This document shows positions 20,778-34,283 of a stretch of 64,000 nt of DNA, piece after piece; position 1 is the first letter of the stretch; each line of letters starts with the position of its first letter. The DNA is from the human T2T-CHM13v2.0 reference genome, Homo sapiens. Where the stretch lies: NCBI RefSeq assembly GCF_009914755.1, contig NC_060925.1; one strand, 5' to 3'. A program made the position numbers and the translations under genes. The notes beneath the pieces were generated by a model. It was given only the letters and a program-made list of their open reading frames with translations, was not told where the DNA came from and ran no database searches.

Positions 20778-20860
20778 GTCAGGATGGCCGAGCGGTCTAA
20801 GGCGCTGCGTTCAGGTCGCAGTCTCCCCTGGAGGCGTGGGTTCGAATCCCACTCCTGACA
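20778..20860 (+). tRNA. TRL-CAG1: tRNA-Leu(CAG), unit 3
   Basis: Identical to the unit 1 copy. Confidence 0.97.
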
Positions 20861-22097
20861 AGCCGACCTTTTGGCCCGCCCGCCGGAGGGCAACGCCCAT
20901 GGCAACCCTGGAGCACCTTTGGCCGCTTCCTGCCTTGAGCCCTTGCCCGCTCTCCAGACTCCAGCCCCCTTGAAGCAAGCCTCCAAAACGCCGCCGCTTC
21001 TCAGGCACGTCCGTTCTTCCTGCCCACCCGCCGGCTGTCGCAGAAACAGCCCAGGACCATGCGCCAGCGCCCGCGACCCTCTACCAATTGCCCTTCGGAC
21101 AGACGCCCTCCCCACCACCTCACACGCCCTCTTCCCTGGCCCCACACACAGCGAGCGACCGCGACCACCTTCCACGCTCTTCCCTGCCTATCTCCTCCGC
21201 CCGCCTTCTCCTCACTCGCCCAAACAGACACAGCCCAGATTCTTCCCCTATTCCTCCTTTTCCCTCCTTCCTCCCACCGGCCTGCGCCCACCGCCCACCG
21301 CCTTGAATCGCCGCTGCGCTGCCCAGAGGCGTCCTGGCCTGAACAGCCCGCCCGGTTTCACCCTCCAACTTCTGACCGCTGAGCAGCAGCGAGCGACTCG
21401 CTCGTGGAGCCGCACACACGTCTCCCACCAGAGGCACGCCATCCAGCATCCTGTCCTTTCCTCCGACCCCTCGGACCCCGGCCGCGCATTCCATTCTGCC
21501 GACACCCTAGCCAGGTCGCCGATCCCACCTCGCTACCTGTGCTCCCTTCCCGCTAACACCTGCCTGCCGGCCCACCTGCAGCCCGGACGCCTGCCGGCCA
21601 GAGGCAGCGGGAACCCTGCACACAGCCGGGCAGGCGAGTCCAAACCCGGAAAGACAGCCCAAGAGGAATCACGAGCGGAAGCCCTAGATCCCCGTCACCC
21701 GCCCACAAACGCCTGGCCCCGCCGGGACCAGCTCTGCGCCACAGCGCATCCCCACGCGGGAAGCCGCGGCCTGGGCCGTCCCAGCCACACCCAGCGCGCC
21801 TTCTCCAGGGTCAGCCAGCTGCGGCTCTGCCGAAGCGCTCCTCCGCTCCTTTCTCGCGCTCCAGCCTCCCTACCAGCCCAGGGGGCCGGACCCCAAGTGC
21901 GAGCCGGTGGCGTGGGTCAGAGCGCAGGAGCGAGGCGCCCACGGACCTGGTCTGCGTTTCTGAGCCGCACGCCACGGCTGCGAGACCCGTTCCCCATCGC
22001 CGCCCCCGCTCGCTGACACACCCATCCCGCCTCTCACCTGCTGGTGACACAAGTGAGAAGGCTGGCCCCACGGTGGTGAAAAAAAAAAACACCTCAC

Positions 22098-22099
22098 GA

Positions 22100-22139
<40 letters not shown>

Positions 22140-22149
22140 CAGAAAGAAA
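22098..22149. repeat. (GAAA)10 GACA (GAAA)2 STR, unit 3
   Basis: Direct count. Confidence 0.93.
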
Positions 22150-22532
22150 CAACAAAAACAAAACACAAAAACTCTGGGTCTGTGCCGGGGATCCGCGCTC
22201 AGCAAGGCCCGCCACAGCAAATCTGCCCACACGGGCATTTGGGCGCGGGCCACGGCCGGTCCTTCCCCTGGAGACCCCGGCGGGCAGTCTCTCGACCCTG
22301 GGCGGCAGAGAAAGCGCAAGATGGGACGAGTCGGCCTCTCTCCCTCCGCTCTCCCTCCGCGCCCCGCCTCAGGTCCCTCGACGTGACGAGAGCCTCCCCT
22401 TCTGCTCGCCCCATCGGGCCAGCCTCTCGTGGACGCTGCAATAGGACGGAGGCCCACGGCAGGCGGTGACCAGTGAACGGCGGCTGGTGGCGAGTTCCGC
22501 TGTGCCAGCTTCCGTTGGCGTTTGCCATCGGT

Positions 22533-22603
22533 GCATGGGTGGTTCAGTGGTAGAATTCTCGCCTGCCACGCGGGAGGCCCGGGTTCGATTCCCGGCCCAT
22601 GCA
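22533..22603 (+). tRNA. TRG-GCC1: tRNA-Gly(GCC), unit 4
   Basis: Identical to the unit 1 copy. Confidence 0.97.
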
Positions 22604-22984
22604 GCACGCCCTCCCATTTTGGTGCTGCAGCAGCACCAAGGCGTAGCTGCGCTCGCCTCTGCCGCCTCCTTACACTCGGGGCGCGCGAGCGAGTCCGGCA
22701 CCGGCTGCGCTCCCACGCGCGACGGCCCTCTGCCCTTTCTTCCGTGCCTCTCTCGACTGACTTAGGGATGAGCCTACCCCACGCACCCACACACCTTGGT
22801 GACAACAACCCCTCCAGACACGAGAGCGCGCCAGACACCAGAACTTGGCAGCCTCCTGGTCCTGTTTCTCTGCATTGCCCTGCCACCGCCTCTGCCCGAC
22901 GCATTTCACTTCACGGAACACCGCCAGGCACCACGGGCTTGCAGCCACTCGCACCACCCCTTCTCTTCACATTTCACCGCCTCG

Positions 22985-23029
<45 letters not shown>

Positions 23030-24823
23030 CCCCCCCCCCCTCGCTGGCTCCCCACATCCAGAAAATGATGCCATGGTTGCCCTTCCAGTAGGAAGGAAGT
23101 CGCGACTCCAGGGAGTAACTCATCACTTTCCCCTAGTTGGTCACACAGTCCTTAACGCGACCACACGAGTGTACGCGTGGCATGTGCACCGTCTATATTC
23201 ACCGTGTTCCGGCTACTCCACACTCTCTCCCCTCATTCTGCCGGCACCACCACCGCCATGTCGCAACTCCCAACCTAACCCCAATCCACCACTTTAGTCG
23301 AGGATGCTGCCTTGTTTCTCCCCCTCGGACCTCTTTTCATCTCAGCCCCAGACACATGCCTGAGACGTGAATGTGCGTCCTGAAGACGGCTTATTTATGT
23401 CTCGGGTCCAGTTGCATTCCCTACCCTTTTGGGACGTGGGACGTGGCCTCCAGTCGCTCTGTCACGATGTCTCTCCCACCCTGGGCTGCTTGCCACCTCA
23501 CCCCAGCCCCACTCCATACTCTGACCGCCCAGCCCAAGCAGCATCCCAGTCTCGCCGGCGCGGGTCCCCTTTGACCACACAGACTTCGTTCCTGCCCAGA
23601 CCAACCGGCTGAAAATGTACTGTTCCCACCAGCCTTCAGGCTCAGCCCTCCCTCCCCCACCTTTGTCTCACGCCACCCACCCCTTCACTCACACACACAC
23701 TCTGACGCGCACACACACACACACACACTCACACTCTCACTCTCTCTCTCTCTCACTCTCTGTCTTTCTCTGTCTCTCTCTCTCTCTCTGTCTCTATGTC
23801 TCTATCTCTCTGTCTCTGTCTCACACAGCCAACTCTCCGTCTCGCCGTCAATGCCCCTCTCTCAGACGACTCATATCCCCCAGCCCTGGCCTCCTTCAGC
23901 CTCTTCAGACTCACGCCAGCTCCGCCACCAGCTGGGATCCCTCCGACCTATGGCATAGGCAGCCCGCGAGGTGCCCTAACGCCCCAGGCATCTGCACAAC
24001 CTCCGTTTGACTGCACAGCCTCACTCCCAGACCTGGCCAGCCAGCCCTGTGCACCCCCTGGACACCGTGGACTCCTTCTTCCAGCTCCCAGCACGCGACA
24101 TGCTTCTCTCCTTTCCTTGGTGTCAGCCCCTTGCCCCGGGCTAGGGTGGACGCCAGCCACGGGATCGGACACCTTCTTCCGTCGCTGTCACCCACTGACA
24201 TCCACCCACAACACGCTGGCAAGCAAGCCAGCCTCCCGTGGGGATGGCAAACATCTCTATCCCCGATAGGGTCTGGTCCCTGCAGGTGATCCGACTGTGC
24301 CAAGATCCCACGAATGACACGGGACAGGTTTGTGCAGTTGGTTGGACGTCTACTTTGCCCCTACAGAGGGGTTTTGGCAAGAAGTCGACTGACTTCTGCC
24401 ATTGACCTGGGGAATCAGCCAAACAATAAGATCAGTACGGGTTGAATAGAGGTTGGAGAACTGGGCTCATCTGTGCTAAGGAGGGGATGGGAAAAAAGTC
24501 CCACAGCGAATCTTGGCGCTGGGGATAGGTACCATCTCCACATGTTCCTTGACATTTGGAGAGACGATAGAGAGCGTAGGTCAGGCAATGGGAAGCAAAC
24601 TTCGGCTAGAAGTCTGTCAGGAACCCCAACCCCGCACATGCGCTTTGGTCAGCCTGGCCGTTGGGTTTTCCCCACGAACTGCTGCATCTCCACGCTTCAA
24701 TGCCCGTGGCCAGGTTGGTCTGACTAATGGGACCTCTCAAGATTCATTTTCACATCCAGAATAGGCGAGAATCTCAAACCTGTCGACGGTGAGCGGGAGC
24801 ATGTGTACGCACATGCACGTGTA

Positions 24824-25245
24824 CGTTGCGGGAAGTCAGGGACCCCGAACGGAGGGAGCGGCTGGAGCTGCGGCCGAGGCACGTAAATTGTGAGGATTTC
24901 ATTTCAATACGGACATTCATCAGTTCCCAAATAATGCTTTTATAATTTCTTACGCCTGTCTTTACTTTAATCTCTTAATCCTGTTATCTTCGTAAGCTGA
25001 GGATGTACGTCACCTCAGGACCGCTGTGACAATTGTGTTGACTCTACAAATTGATGGTAAAACGTGTGTGTTTGAACAGCATGAAATCAGAGCACCTTGA
25101 AAAAGAATAGAATAACAGCGACTTTTAGGGAACAGGGGAAGACAACGGTAAGGTCTGACTGCCTGCGAGGTCGGGCAGAAAGAGCCATATTTTTCTTCTT
25201 GCAGAGAGCCTATGAAGGACGTGCAGGTAGGGAAGATGTGGCTAA
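24824..25245 (+). mobile_element. MER11A-like LTR fragment, unit 4
   Basis: Copy of 2647-3068; terminal TG changed to CG. Confidence 0.85.
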
Positions 25246-25817
25246 GACAACCTAAGTGTCCATCGGCCGGGAAATGGATTAACAAAAATGTGGCATATAG
25301 ACACCATGGAATACTCTTTGGCCATAGAAAAGAACGAAATCCTCTGGTCTGCAGCAACAGAGGCGGAGCTAAAGGTCACGATGGAACATCAAACGAGCCG
25401 GGCACAGAAAGACAGAGAGGGCAGGTTCTTACTCCAATCCTGGGAGCTCAAAATGTTCACCTTGTGGAGGTAGAGAGTAGAACGATAGACACCAGAGGCT
25501 GGAGAGGGTGTGTGGGTGACTGCGGTGAAGAGAGGTTGGTGAAATGGGTCCGAGCATGCGTTTGGATGGAGGGAATACGTTCCAATAATGTTCTACGGCG
25601 GAGTAGGGCGACTAGGGGTAACAACGATGTATTAGTGCTTGTTTCCGAAGAGCTCCTGGAAGACAGCACCTGAGATGCTCCCAACAGGTAGAGATGACAG
25701 ATACCCACGGGATGGATGCCCTACATCCCCTCAGTTGACCATCGATCACTACGCGATGTACACGCGTTACCACACGTCACAGGAATCCCATGGATATCAT
25801 GTCCGCATGAAGAAAAA
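25246..25817 (+). mobile_element. L1MA-like 3' fragment, unit 4
   Basis: Copy of 3069-3640. Confidence 0.85.
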
Positions 25818-26450
25818 CATAGTCATGCTGCCAGGGTGATTGTCGCAGCTCTGCCTCCCTAGCGCTATGGCCCGTGGTCTCGGCTCCTCAAGTTCCGCTG
25901 CCATTACTACCAAAGCCGCTGACACCCGTGGAGCCCAATCACGGATCCCACGCCTTGGGAAAGCCAGTGCGCTTGCTGACATGAGTGGCTCTGGCGGGTG
26001 GCCCAACCATTAGGCGCAGATCCCCCGCAGCCGAGAGAGAAGTGGCCCGTCAGCCACTCGGCTTGGCTTGGCAGAAGCCGCTCCGCTCGAGAGTCCTGGC
26101 CCATCCCGTGGCCAGCCGAGAGTGCGAGGGTGGCGGTGGTGGTGGTGGCGGGTCACCTGGCGGCCATGGGAGGAGAAAGCCTGACCTGGCCAGTGGGCTT
26201 TGCCGCTGACAAAGAGTGGGAGCGAGGCGAGCACCTGACAAGGAAGGGCTGTGAAGCTGATGTTGCGAAGGTGGCGCCAGCGAGGCCAAAAGGAGGGATG
26301 GGTGGAGGTAGACGGGGAGCGTTGGGGCGGCGCACGTGGAAGCCGCGGGAGGTTGTGGCTGGGGCGCGGGAGAAGCGAGCCAGCCTGTTGGTCAAAAGGG
26401 GAGGTGTGAAGGGGCCTGGCAGTTGGCAGGCAGAGCCAACGAAGGAAGGC

Positions 26451-26522
26451 TTCCCTGACCGGGAATCGAACCCGGGCCACGGCGGTGAGAGCGCCGAATC
26501 CTAACCACTAGACCACCAGGGA
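26451..26522 (-). tRNA. tRNA-Glu(CTC), unit 4, C44U variant
   Basis: As unit 1 except G>A at 26479 on + strand. Confidence 0.95.
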
Positions 26523-26808
26523 GAGGCGGCTTCAGGGCCCGGCTTGCGCCTCCTGGCCCCAGCGCCTCTGGCCCCAGCACTGGGCGCTACCTTGGCGCCT
26601 GTCCCCTGCTTCGCTTTAAAACAAACACCCGCAACCAGCCCCCGCGACGCCGGCGGCAACCGGCCTGCCCTCACGAGCAGCTCTGGCCCTGTTCGCAGCA
26701 CACCCTCCAAACACCGCGCGCCTCCTTCCCCGGCGCACAGGCACGCAGCCACAGGCCAAGCTGCGACGCGAGCTCCGCGACGGGGACCTCCGCAAAAGGT
26801 CCGCCCGC

Positions 26809-26880
26809 TGCGTTGGCCGGGAATCGAACCCGGGTCAACTGCTTGGAAGGCAGCTATGCTCACCACTATACCACCAACGC
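26809..26880 (-). tRNA. TRG-TCC2: tRNA-Gly(TCC), unit 4
   Basis: Identical to the unit 1 copy. Confidence 0.97.
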
Positions 26881-27466
26881 CGCACGGCGCGGGCAGCCCC
26901 GCCGCGCCGGCCCGGGGCTCCCACCAGCGCGCCGCCGACGCCCGGGGCAGGCCGGCCCCGACGCCCGGTCCGTCCGCCCGCCCGCAGCTCCGCGCTGCCG
27001 CGGCCCCGCCAAAGGCCGCCCCGCGCCCCACCGGGGCAAGGCCAGCGCGGCTGCCCCGTTCCGCCCGCCTGCCTCTGGGGGCGCTCTCGCTCCCTCGCCG
27101 CCCGGGGCCGCCAGAGCCCTTCCCCACCAGGTGCCCGGCGGGGACACGGCCGGCGCCGACGGGGTCCCCACTCCTCCGCCTCCCACCGGGCGCCGGGCCC
27201 TGTGCCTCGCAGAAAGCCTCTTCCGACACCCACTTTGGGCCGGCAGCTCTCTGGGCGCCGTGGGGGCCAGAGGAGGCCGCCCGGCTGCGGGCGACCAAGC
27301 CGCGGGCGAGAAGAAAAGGTAGGAGGCCAACGGGGCCCAGGAGGCCCAGGGGGCCAAGGGGCCAGGCCCGAGATGGCGCCCTGCGACTAGCGGGAGGGCG
27401 GAGGAAGGAGAGAGAAGGAGGGCCCACAGGCTGGGTCCGAGGCGGCGGCCCAAAAAGCACGGCTGC

Positions 27467-27538
27467 CTCCCCGTCGGGGAATCGAACCCCGGTCTCCCGC
27501 GTGACAGGCGGGGATACTCACCACTATACTAACGAGGA
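27467..27538 (-). tRNA. TRD-GTC2: tRNA-Asp(GTC), unit 4
   Basis: Identical to the unit 1 copy. Confidence 0.97.
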
Positions 27539-28174
27539 CGACGGCGACGGTCGCCGGGACGCCAGACCCCACTCCGACCGCGGACGCCTAGCCCTGCCTT
27601 GATCCCCTCCCCCGACGGCAGGGGCCGGGCGCGTGCTCGCCTTCCACCCGCCGCCCGCCGCCCGCCACCCGCCACACGCCACCCGTCACCTGCCACCCGC
27701 CCCCCGCCACCGTTGGCACGACCTACCCCGACACCCAACAAAGCACCCTGCGATCCCGCTGGGACCCGGAGCCGGAGCCGGACCCCGACAGGTACCGGAG
27801 CGGCGTGGAACCTCCCCGCGCGCCCTGCCTGCTGTCTCCAACGCGGGGATCGCGCCGGGGCAGGAGGAGGCGCGGGCGAAACAGTCAGGCCGCTGCTCCT
27901 AGGACGCGGTGGGCGCACGCCCTGCGGGGTTCGGCGAGCGGAGGCGCGGGGGCTGGGGCGTGGGCCGGCGGCGGCCGGCCCGACGCGGACCCTTTGGGTC
28001 CGGGGTGGGGACGCGGGGGCGTCCACGCCAACGCCAGCCGGCTCCGTTCACTTGGCGCCCGCTCCGCCCGCGCGGTCCGTCGGTTGCGCACCGAACCCAG
28101 ACAGGCGCCGGCCAAGGGCGCAGGCGTTCGCGCCGGGTCCCAGCCATGCCAGCGGCGACGCGCCCCGGCGCGCC

Positions 28175-28257
28175 GTCAGGATGGCCGAGCGGTCTAAGGC
28201 GCTGCGTTCAGGTCGCAGTCTCCCCTGGAGGCGTGGGTTCGAATCCCACTCCTGACA
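28175..28257 (+). tRNA. TRL-CAG1: tRNA-Leu(CAG), unit 4
   Basis: Identical to the unit 1 copy. Confidence 0.97.
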
Positions 28258-29494
28258 AGCCGACCTTTTGGCCCGCCCGCCGGAGGGCAACGCCCATGGC
28301 AACCCTGGAGCACCTTTGGCCGCTTCCTGCCTTGAGCCCTTGCCCGCTCTCCAGACTCCAGCCCCCTTGAAGCAAGCCTCCAAAACGCCGCCGCTTCTCA
28401 GGCACGTCCGTTCTTCCTGCCCACCCGCCGGCTGTCGCAGAAACAGCCCAGGACCATGCGCCAGCGCCCGCGACCCTCTACCAATTGCCCTTCGGACAGA
28501 CGCCCTCCCCACCACCTCACACGCCCTCTTCCCTGGCCCCACACACAGCGAGCGACCGCGACCACCTTCCACGCTCTTCCCTGCCTATCTCCTCCGCCCG
28601 CCTTCTCCTCACTCGCCCAAACAGACACAGCCCAGATTCTTCCCCTATTCCTCCTTTTCCCTCCTTCCTCCCACCGGCCTGCGCCCACCGCCCACCGCCT
28701 TGAATCGCCGCTGCGCTGCCCAGAGGCGTCCTGGCCTGAACAGCCCGCCCGGTTTCACCCTCCAACTTCTGACCGCTGAGCAGCAGCGAGCGACTCGCTC
28801 GTGGAGCCGCACACACGTCTCCCACCAGAGGCACGCCATCCAGCATCCTGTCCTTTCCTCCGACCCCTCGGACCCCGGCCGCGCATTCCATTCTGCCGAC
28901 ACCCTAGCCAGGTCGCCGATCCCACCTCGCTACCTGTGCTCCCTTCCCGCTAACACCTGCCTGCCGGCCCACCTGCAGCCCGGACGCCTGCCGGCCAGAG
29001 GCAGCGGGAACCCTGCACACAGCCGGGCAGGCGAGTCCAAACCCGGAAAGACAGCCCAAGAGGAATCACGAGCGGAAGCCCTAGATCCCCGTCACCCGCC
29101 CACAAACGCCTGGCCCCGCCGGGACCAGCTCTGCGCCACAGCGCATCCCCACGCGGGAAGCCGCGGCCTGGGCCGTCCCAGCCACACCCAGCGCGCCTTC
29201 TCCAGGGTCAGCCAGCTGCGGCTCTGCCGAAGCGCTCCTCCGCTCCTTTCTCGCGCTCCAGCCTCCCTACCAGCCCAGGGGGCCGGACCCCAAGTGCGAG
29301 CCGGTGGCGTGGGTCAGAGCGCAGGAGCGAGGCGCCCACGGACCTGGTCTGCGTTTCTGAGCCGCACGCCACGGCTGCGAGACCCGTTCCCCATCGCCGC
29401 CCCCGCTCGCTGACACACCCATCCCGCCTCTCACCTGCTGGTGACACAAGTGAGAAGGCTGGCCCCACGGTGGTGAAAAAAAAAAACACCTCAC

Positions 29495-29496
29495 GA

Positions 29497-29548
<52 letters not shown>

Positions 29549-29550
29549 AA
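29495..29550. repeat. (GAAA)14 STR, unit 4
   Basis: Direct count. Confidence 0.93.
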
Positions 29551-29933
29551 CAACAAAAACAAAACACAAAAACTCTGGGTCTGTGCCGGGGATCCGCGCT
29601 CAGCAAGGCCCGCCACAGCAAATCTGCCCACACGGGCATTTGGGCGCGGGCCACGGCCGGTCCTTCCCCTGGAGACCCCGGCGGGCAGTCTCTCGACCCT
29701 GGGCGGCAGAGAAAGCGCAAGATGGGACGAGTCGGCCTCTCTCCCTCCGCTCTCCCTCCGCGCCCCGCCTCAGGTCCCTCGACGTGACGAGAGCCTCCCC
29801 TTCTGCTCGCCCCATCGGGCCAGCCTCTCGTGGACGCTGCAATAGGACGGAGGCCCACGGCAGGCGGTGACCAGTGAACGGCGGCTGGTGGCGAGTTCCG
29901 CTGTGCCAGCTTCCGTTGGCGTTTGCCATCGGT

Positions 29934-30004
29934 GCATGGGTGGTTCAGTGGTAGAATTCTCGCCTGCCACGCGGGAGGCCCGGGTTCGATTCCCGGCCCA
30001 TGCA
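29934..30004 (+). tRNA. TRG-GCC1: tRNA-Gly(GCC), unit 5
   Basis: Identical to the unit 1 copy. Confidence 0.97.
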
Positions 30005-30385
30005 GCACGCCCTCCCATTTTGGTGCTGCAGCAGCACCAAGGCGTAGCTGCGCTCGCCTCTGCCGCCTCCTTACACTCGGGGCGCGCGAGCGAGTCCGGC
30101 ACCGGCTGCGCTCCCACGCGCGACGGCCCTCTGCCCTTTCTTCCGTGCCTCTCTCGACTGACTTAGGGATGAGCCTACCCCACGCACCCACACACCTTGG
30201 TGACAACAACCCCTCCAGACACGAGAGCGCGCCAGACACCAGAACTTGGCAGCCTCCTGGTCCTGTTTCTCTGCATTGCCCTGCCACCGCCTCTGCCCGA
30301 CGCATTTCACTTCACGGAACACCGCCAGGCACCACGGGCTTGCAGCCACTCGCACCACCCCTTCTCTTCACATTTCACCGCCTCG

Positions 30386-30430
<45 letters not shown>

Positions 30431-32226
30431 CCCCCCCCCCCCCTCGCTGGCTCCCCACATCCAGAAAATGATGCCATGGTTGCCCTTCCAGTAGGAAGGA
30501 AGTCGCGACTCCAGGGAGTAACTCATCACTTTCCCCTAGTTGGTCACACAGTCCTTAACGCGACCACACGAGTGTACGCGTGGCATGTGCACCGTCTATA
30601 TTCACCGTGTTCCGGCTACTCCACACTCTCTCCCCTCATTCTGCCGGCACCACCACCGCCATGTCGCAACTCCCAACCTAACCCCAATCCACCACTTTAG
30701 TCGAGGATGCTGCCTTGTTTCTCCCCCTCGGACCTCTTTTCATCTCAGCCCCAGACACATGCCTGAGACGTGAATGTGCGTCCTGAAGACGGCTTATTTA
30801 TGTCTCGGGTCCAGTTGCATTCCCTACCCTTTTGGGACGTGGGACGTGGCCTCCAGTCGCTCTGTCACGATGTCTCTCCCACCCTGGGCTGCTTGCCACC
30901 TCACCCCAGCCCCACTCCATACTCTGACCGCCCAGCCCAAGCAGCATCCCAGTCTCGCCGGCGCGGGTCCCCTTTGACCACACAGACTTCGTTCCTGCCC
31001 AGACCAACCGGCTGAAAATGTACTGTTCCCACCAGCCTTCAGGCTCAGCCCTCCCTCCCCCACCTTTGTCTCACGCCACCCACCCCTTCACTCACACACA
31101 CACTCTGACGCGCACACACACACACACACACTCACACTCTCACTCTCTCTCTCTCTCACTCTCTGTCTTTCTCTGTCTCTCTCTCTCTCTCTGTCTCTAT
31201 GTCTCTATCTCTCTGTCTCTGTCTCACACAGCCAACTCTCCGTCTCGCCGTCAATGCCCCTCTCTCAGACGACTCATATCCCCCAGCCCTGGCCTCCTTC
31301 AGCCTCTTCAGACTCACGCCAGCTCCGCCACCAGCTGGGATCCCTCCGACCTATGGCATAGGCAGCCCGCGAGGTGCCCTAACGCCCCAGGCATCTGCAC
31401 AACCTCCGTTTGACTGCACAGCCTCACTCCCAGACCTGGCCAGCCAGCCCTGTGCACCCCCTGGACACCGTGGACTCCTTCTTCCAGCTCCCAGCACGCG
31501 ACATGCTTCTCTCCTTTCCTTGGTGTCAGCCCCTTGCCCCGGGCTAGGGTGGACGCCAGCCACGGGATCGGACACCTTCTTCCGTCGCTGTCACCCACTG
31601 ACATCCACCCACAACACGCTGGCAAGCAAGCCAGCCTCCCGTGGGGATGGCAAACATCTCTATCCCCGATAGGGTCTGGTCCCTGCAGGTGATCCGACTG
31701 TGCCAAGATCCCACGAATGACACGGGACAGGTTTGTGCAGTTGGTTGGACGTCTACTTTGCCCCTACAGAGGGGTTTTGGCAAGAAGTCGACTGACTTCT
31801 GCCATTGACCTGGGGAATCAGCCAAACAATAAGATCAGTACGGGTTGAATAGAGGTTGGAGAACTGGGCTCATCTGTGCTAAGGAGGGGATGGGAAAAAA
31901 GTCCCACAGCGAATCTTGGCGCTGGGGATAGGTACCATCTCCACATGTTCCTTGACATTTGGAGAGACGATAGAGAGCGTAGGTCAGGCAATGGGAAGCA
32001 AACTTCGGCTAGAAGTCTGTCAGGAACCCCAACCCCGCACATGCGCTTTGGTCAGCCTGGCCGTTGGGTTTTCCCCACGAACTGCTGCATCTCCACGCTT
32101 CAATGCCCGTGGCCAGGTTGGTCTGACTAATGGGACCTCTCAAGATTCATTTTCACATCCAGAATAGGCGAGAATCTCAAACCTGTCGACGGTGAGCGGG
32201 AGCATGTGTACGCACATGCACATGTA

Positions 32227-32648
32227 CGTTGCGGGAAGTCAGGGACCCCGAACGGAGGGAGCGGCTGGAGCTGCGGCCGAGGCACGTAAATTGTGAGGAT
32301 TTCATTTCAATACGGACATTCATCAGTTCCCAAATAATGCTTTTATAATTTCTTACGCCTGTCTTTACTTTAATCTCTTAATCCTGTTATCTTCGTAAGC
32401 TGAGGATGTACGTCACCTCAGGACCGCTGTGACAATTGTGTTGACTCTACAAATTGATGGTAAAACGTGTGTGTTTGAACAGCATGAAATCAGAGCACCT
32501 TGAAAAAGAATAGAATAACAGCGACTTTTAGGGAACAGGGGAAGACAACGGTAAGGTCTGACTGCCTGCGAGGTCGGGCAGAAAGAGCCATATTTTTCTT
32601 CTTGCAGAGAGCCTATGAAGGACGTGCAGGTAGGGAAGATGTGGCTAA
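32227..32648 (+). mobile_element. MER11A-like LTR fragment, unit 5
   Basis: Copy of 2647-3068. Confidence 0.85.
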
Positions 32649-33220
32649 GACAACCTAAGTGTCCATCGGCCGGGAAATGGATTAACAAAAATGTGGCATA
32701 TAGACACCATGGAATACTCTTTGGCCATAGAAAAGAACGAAATCCTCTGGTCTGCAGCAACAGAGGCGGAGCTAAAGGTCACGATGGAACATCAAACGAG
32801 CCGGGCACAGAAAGACAGAGAGGGCAGGTTCTTACTCCAATCCTGGGAGCTCAAAATGTTCACCTTGTGGAGGTAGAGAGTAGAACGATAGACACCAGAG
32901 GCTGGAGAGGGTGTGTGGGTGACTGCGGTGAAGAGAGGTTGGTGAAATGGGTCCGAGCATGCGTTTGGATGGAGGGAATACGTTCCAATAATGTTCTACG
33001 GCGGAGTAGGGCGACTAGGGGTAACAACGATGTATTAGTGCTTGTTTCCGAAGAGCTCCTGGAAGACAGCACCTGAGATGCTCCCAACAGGTAGAGATGA
33101 CAGATACCCACGGGATGGATGCCCTACATCCCCTCAGTTGACCATCGATCACTACGCGATGTACACGCGTTACCACACGTCACAGGAATCCCATGGATAT
33201 CATGTCCGCATGAAGAAAAA
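32649..33220 (+). mobile_element. L1MA-like 3' fragment, unit 5
   Basis: Copy of 3069-3640. Confidence 0.85.
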
Positions 33221-33853
33221 CATAGTCATGCTGCCAGGGTGATTGTCGCAGCTCTGCCTCCCTAGCGCTATGGCCCGTGGTCTCGGCTCCTCAAGTTCCG
33301 CTGCCATTACTACCAAAGCCGCTGACACCCGTGGAGCCCAATCACGGATCCCACGCCTTGGGAAAGCCAGTGCGCTTGCTGACATGAGTGGCTCTGGCGG
33401 GTGGCCCAACCATTAGGCGCAGATCCCCCGCAGCCGAGAGAGAAGTGGCCCGTCAGCCACTCGGCTTGGCTTGGCAGAAGCCGCTCCGCTCGAGAGTCCT
33501 GGCCCATCCCGTGGCCAGCCGAGAGTGCGAGGGTGGCGGTGGTGGTGGTGGCGGGTCACCTGGCGGCCATGGGAGGAGAAAGCCTGACCTGGCCAGTGGG
33601 CTTTGCCGCTGACAAAGAGTGGGAGCGAGGCGAGCACCTGACAAGGAAGGGCTGTGAAGCTGATGTTGCGAAGGTGGCGCCAGCGAGGCCAAAAGGAGGG
33701 ATGGGTGGAGGTAGACGGGGAGCGTTGGGGCGGCGCACGTGGAAGCCGCGGGAGGTTGTGGCTGGGGCGCGGGAGAAGCGAGCCAGCCTGTTGGTCAAAA
33801 GGGGAGGTGTGAAGGGGCCTGGCAGTTGGCAGGCAGAGCCAACGAAGGAAGGC

Positions 33854-33925
33854 TTCCCTGACCGGGAATCGAACCCGGGCCACGGCGGTGAGAGCGCCGA
33901 ATCCTAACCACTAGACCACCAGGGA
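33854..33925 (-). tRNA. tRNA-Glu(CTC), unit 5, C44U variant
   Basis: As unit 1 except G>A at 33882 on + strand. Confidence 0.95.
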
Positions 33926-34211
33926 GAGGCGGCTTCAGGGCCCGGCTTGCGCCTCCTGGCCCCAGCGCCTCTGGCCCCAGCACTGGGCGCTACCTTGGCG
34001 CCTGTCCCCTGCTTCGCTTTAAAACAAACACCCGCAACCAGCCCCCGCGACGCCGGCGGCAACCGGCCTGCCCTCACGAGCAGCTCTGGCCCTGTTCGCA
34101 GCACACCCTCCAAACACCGCGCGCCTCCTTCCCCGGCGCACAGGCACGCAGCCACAGGCCAAGCTGCGACGCGAGCTCCGCGACGGGGACCTCCGCAAAA
34201 GGTCCGCCCGC

Positions 34212-34283
34212 TGCGTTGGCCGGGAATCGAACCCGGGTCAACTGCTTGGAAGGCAGCTATGCTCACCACTATACCACCAACGC
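34212..34283 (-). tRNA. TRG-TCC2: tRNA-Gly(TCC), unit 5
   Basis: Identical to the unit 1 copy. Confidence 0.97.
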
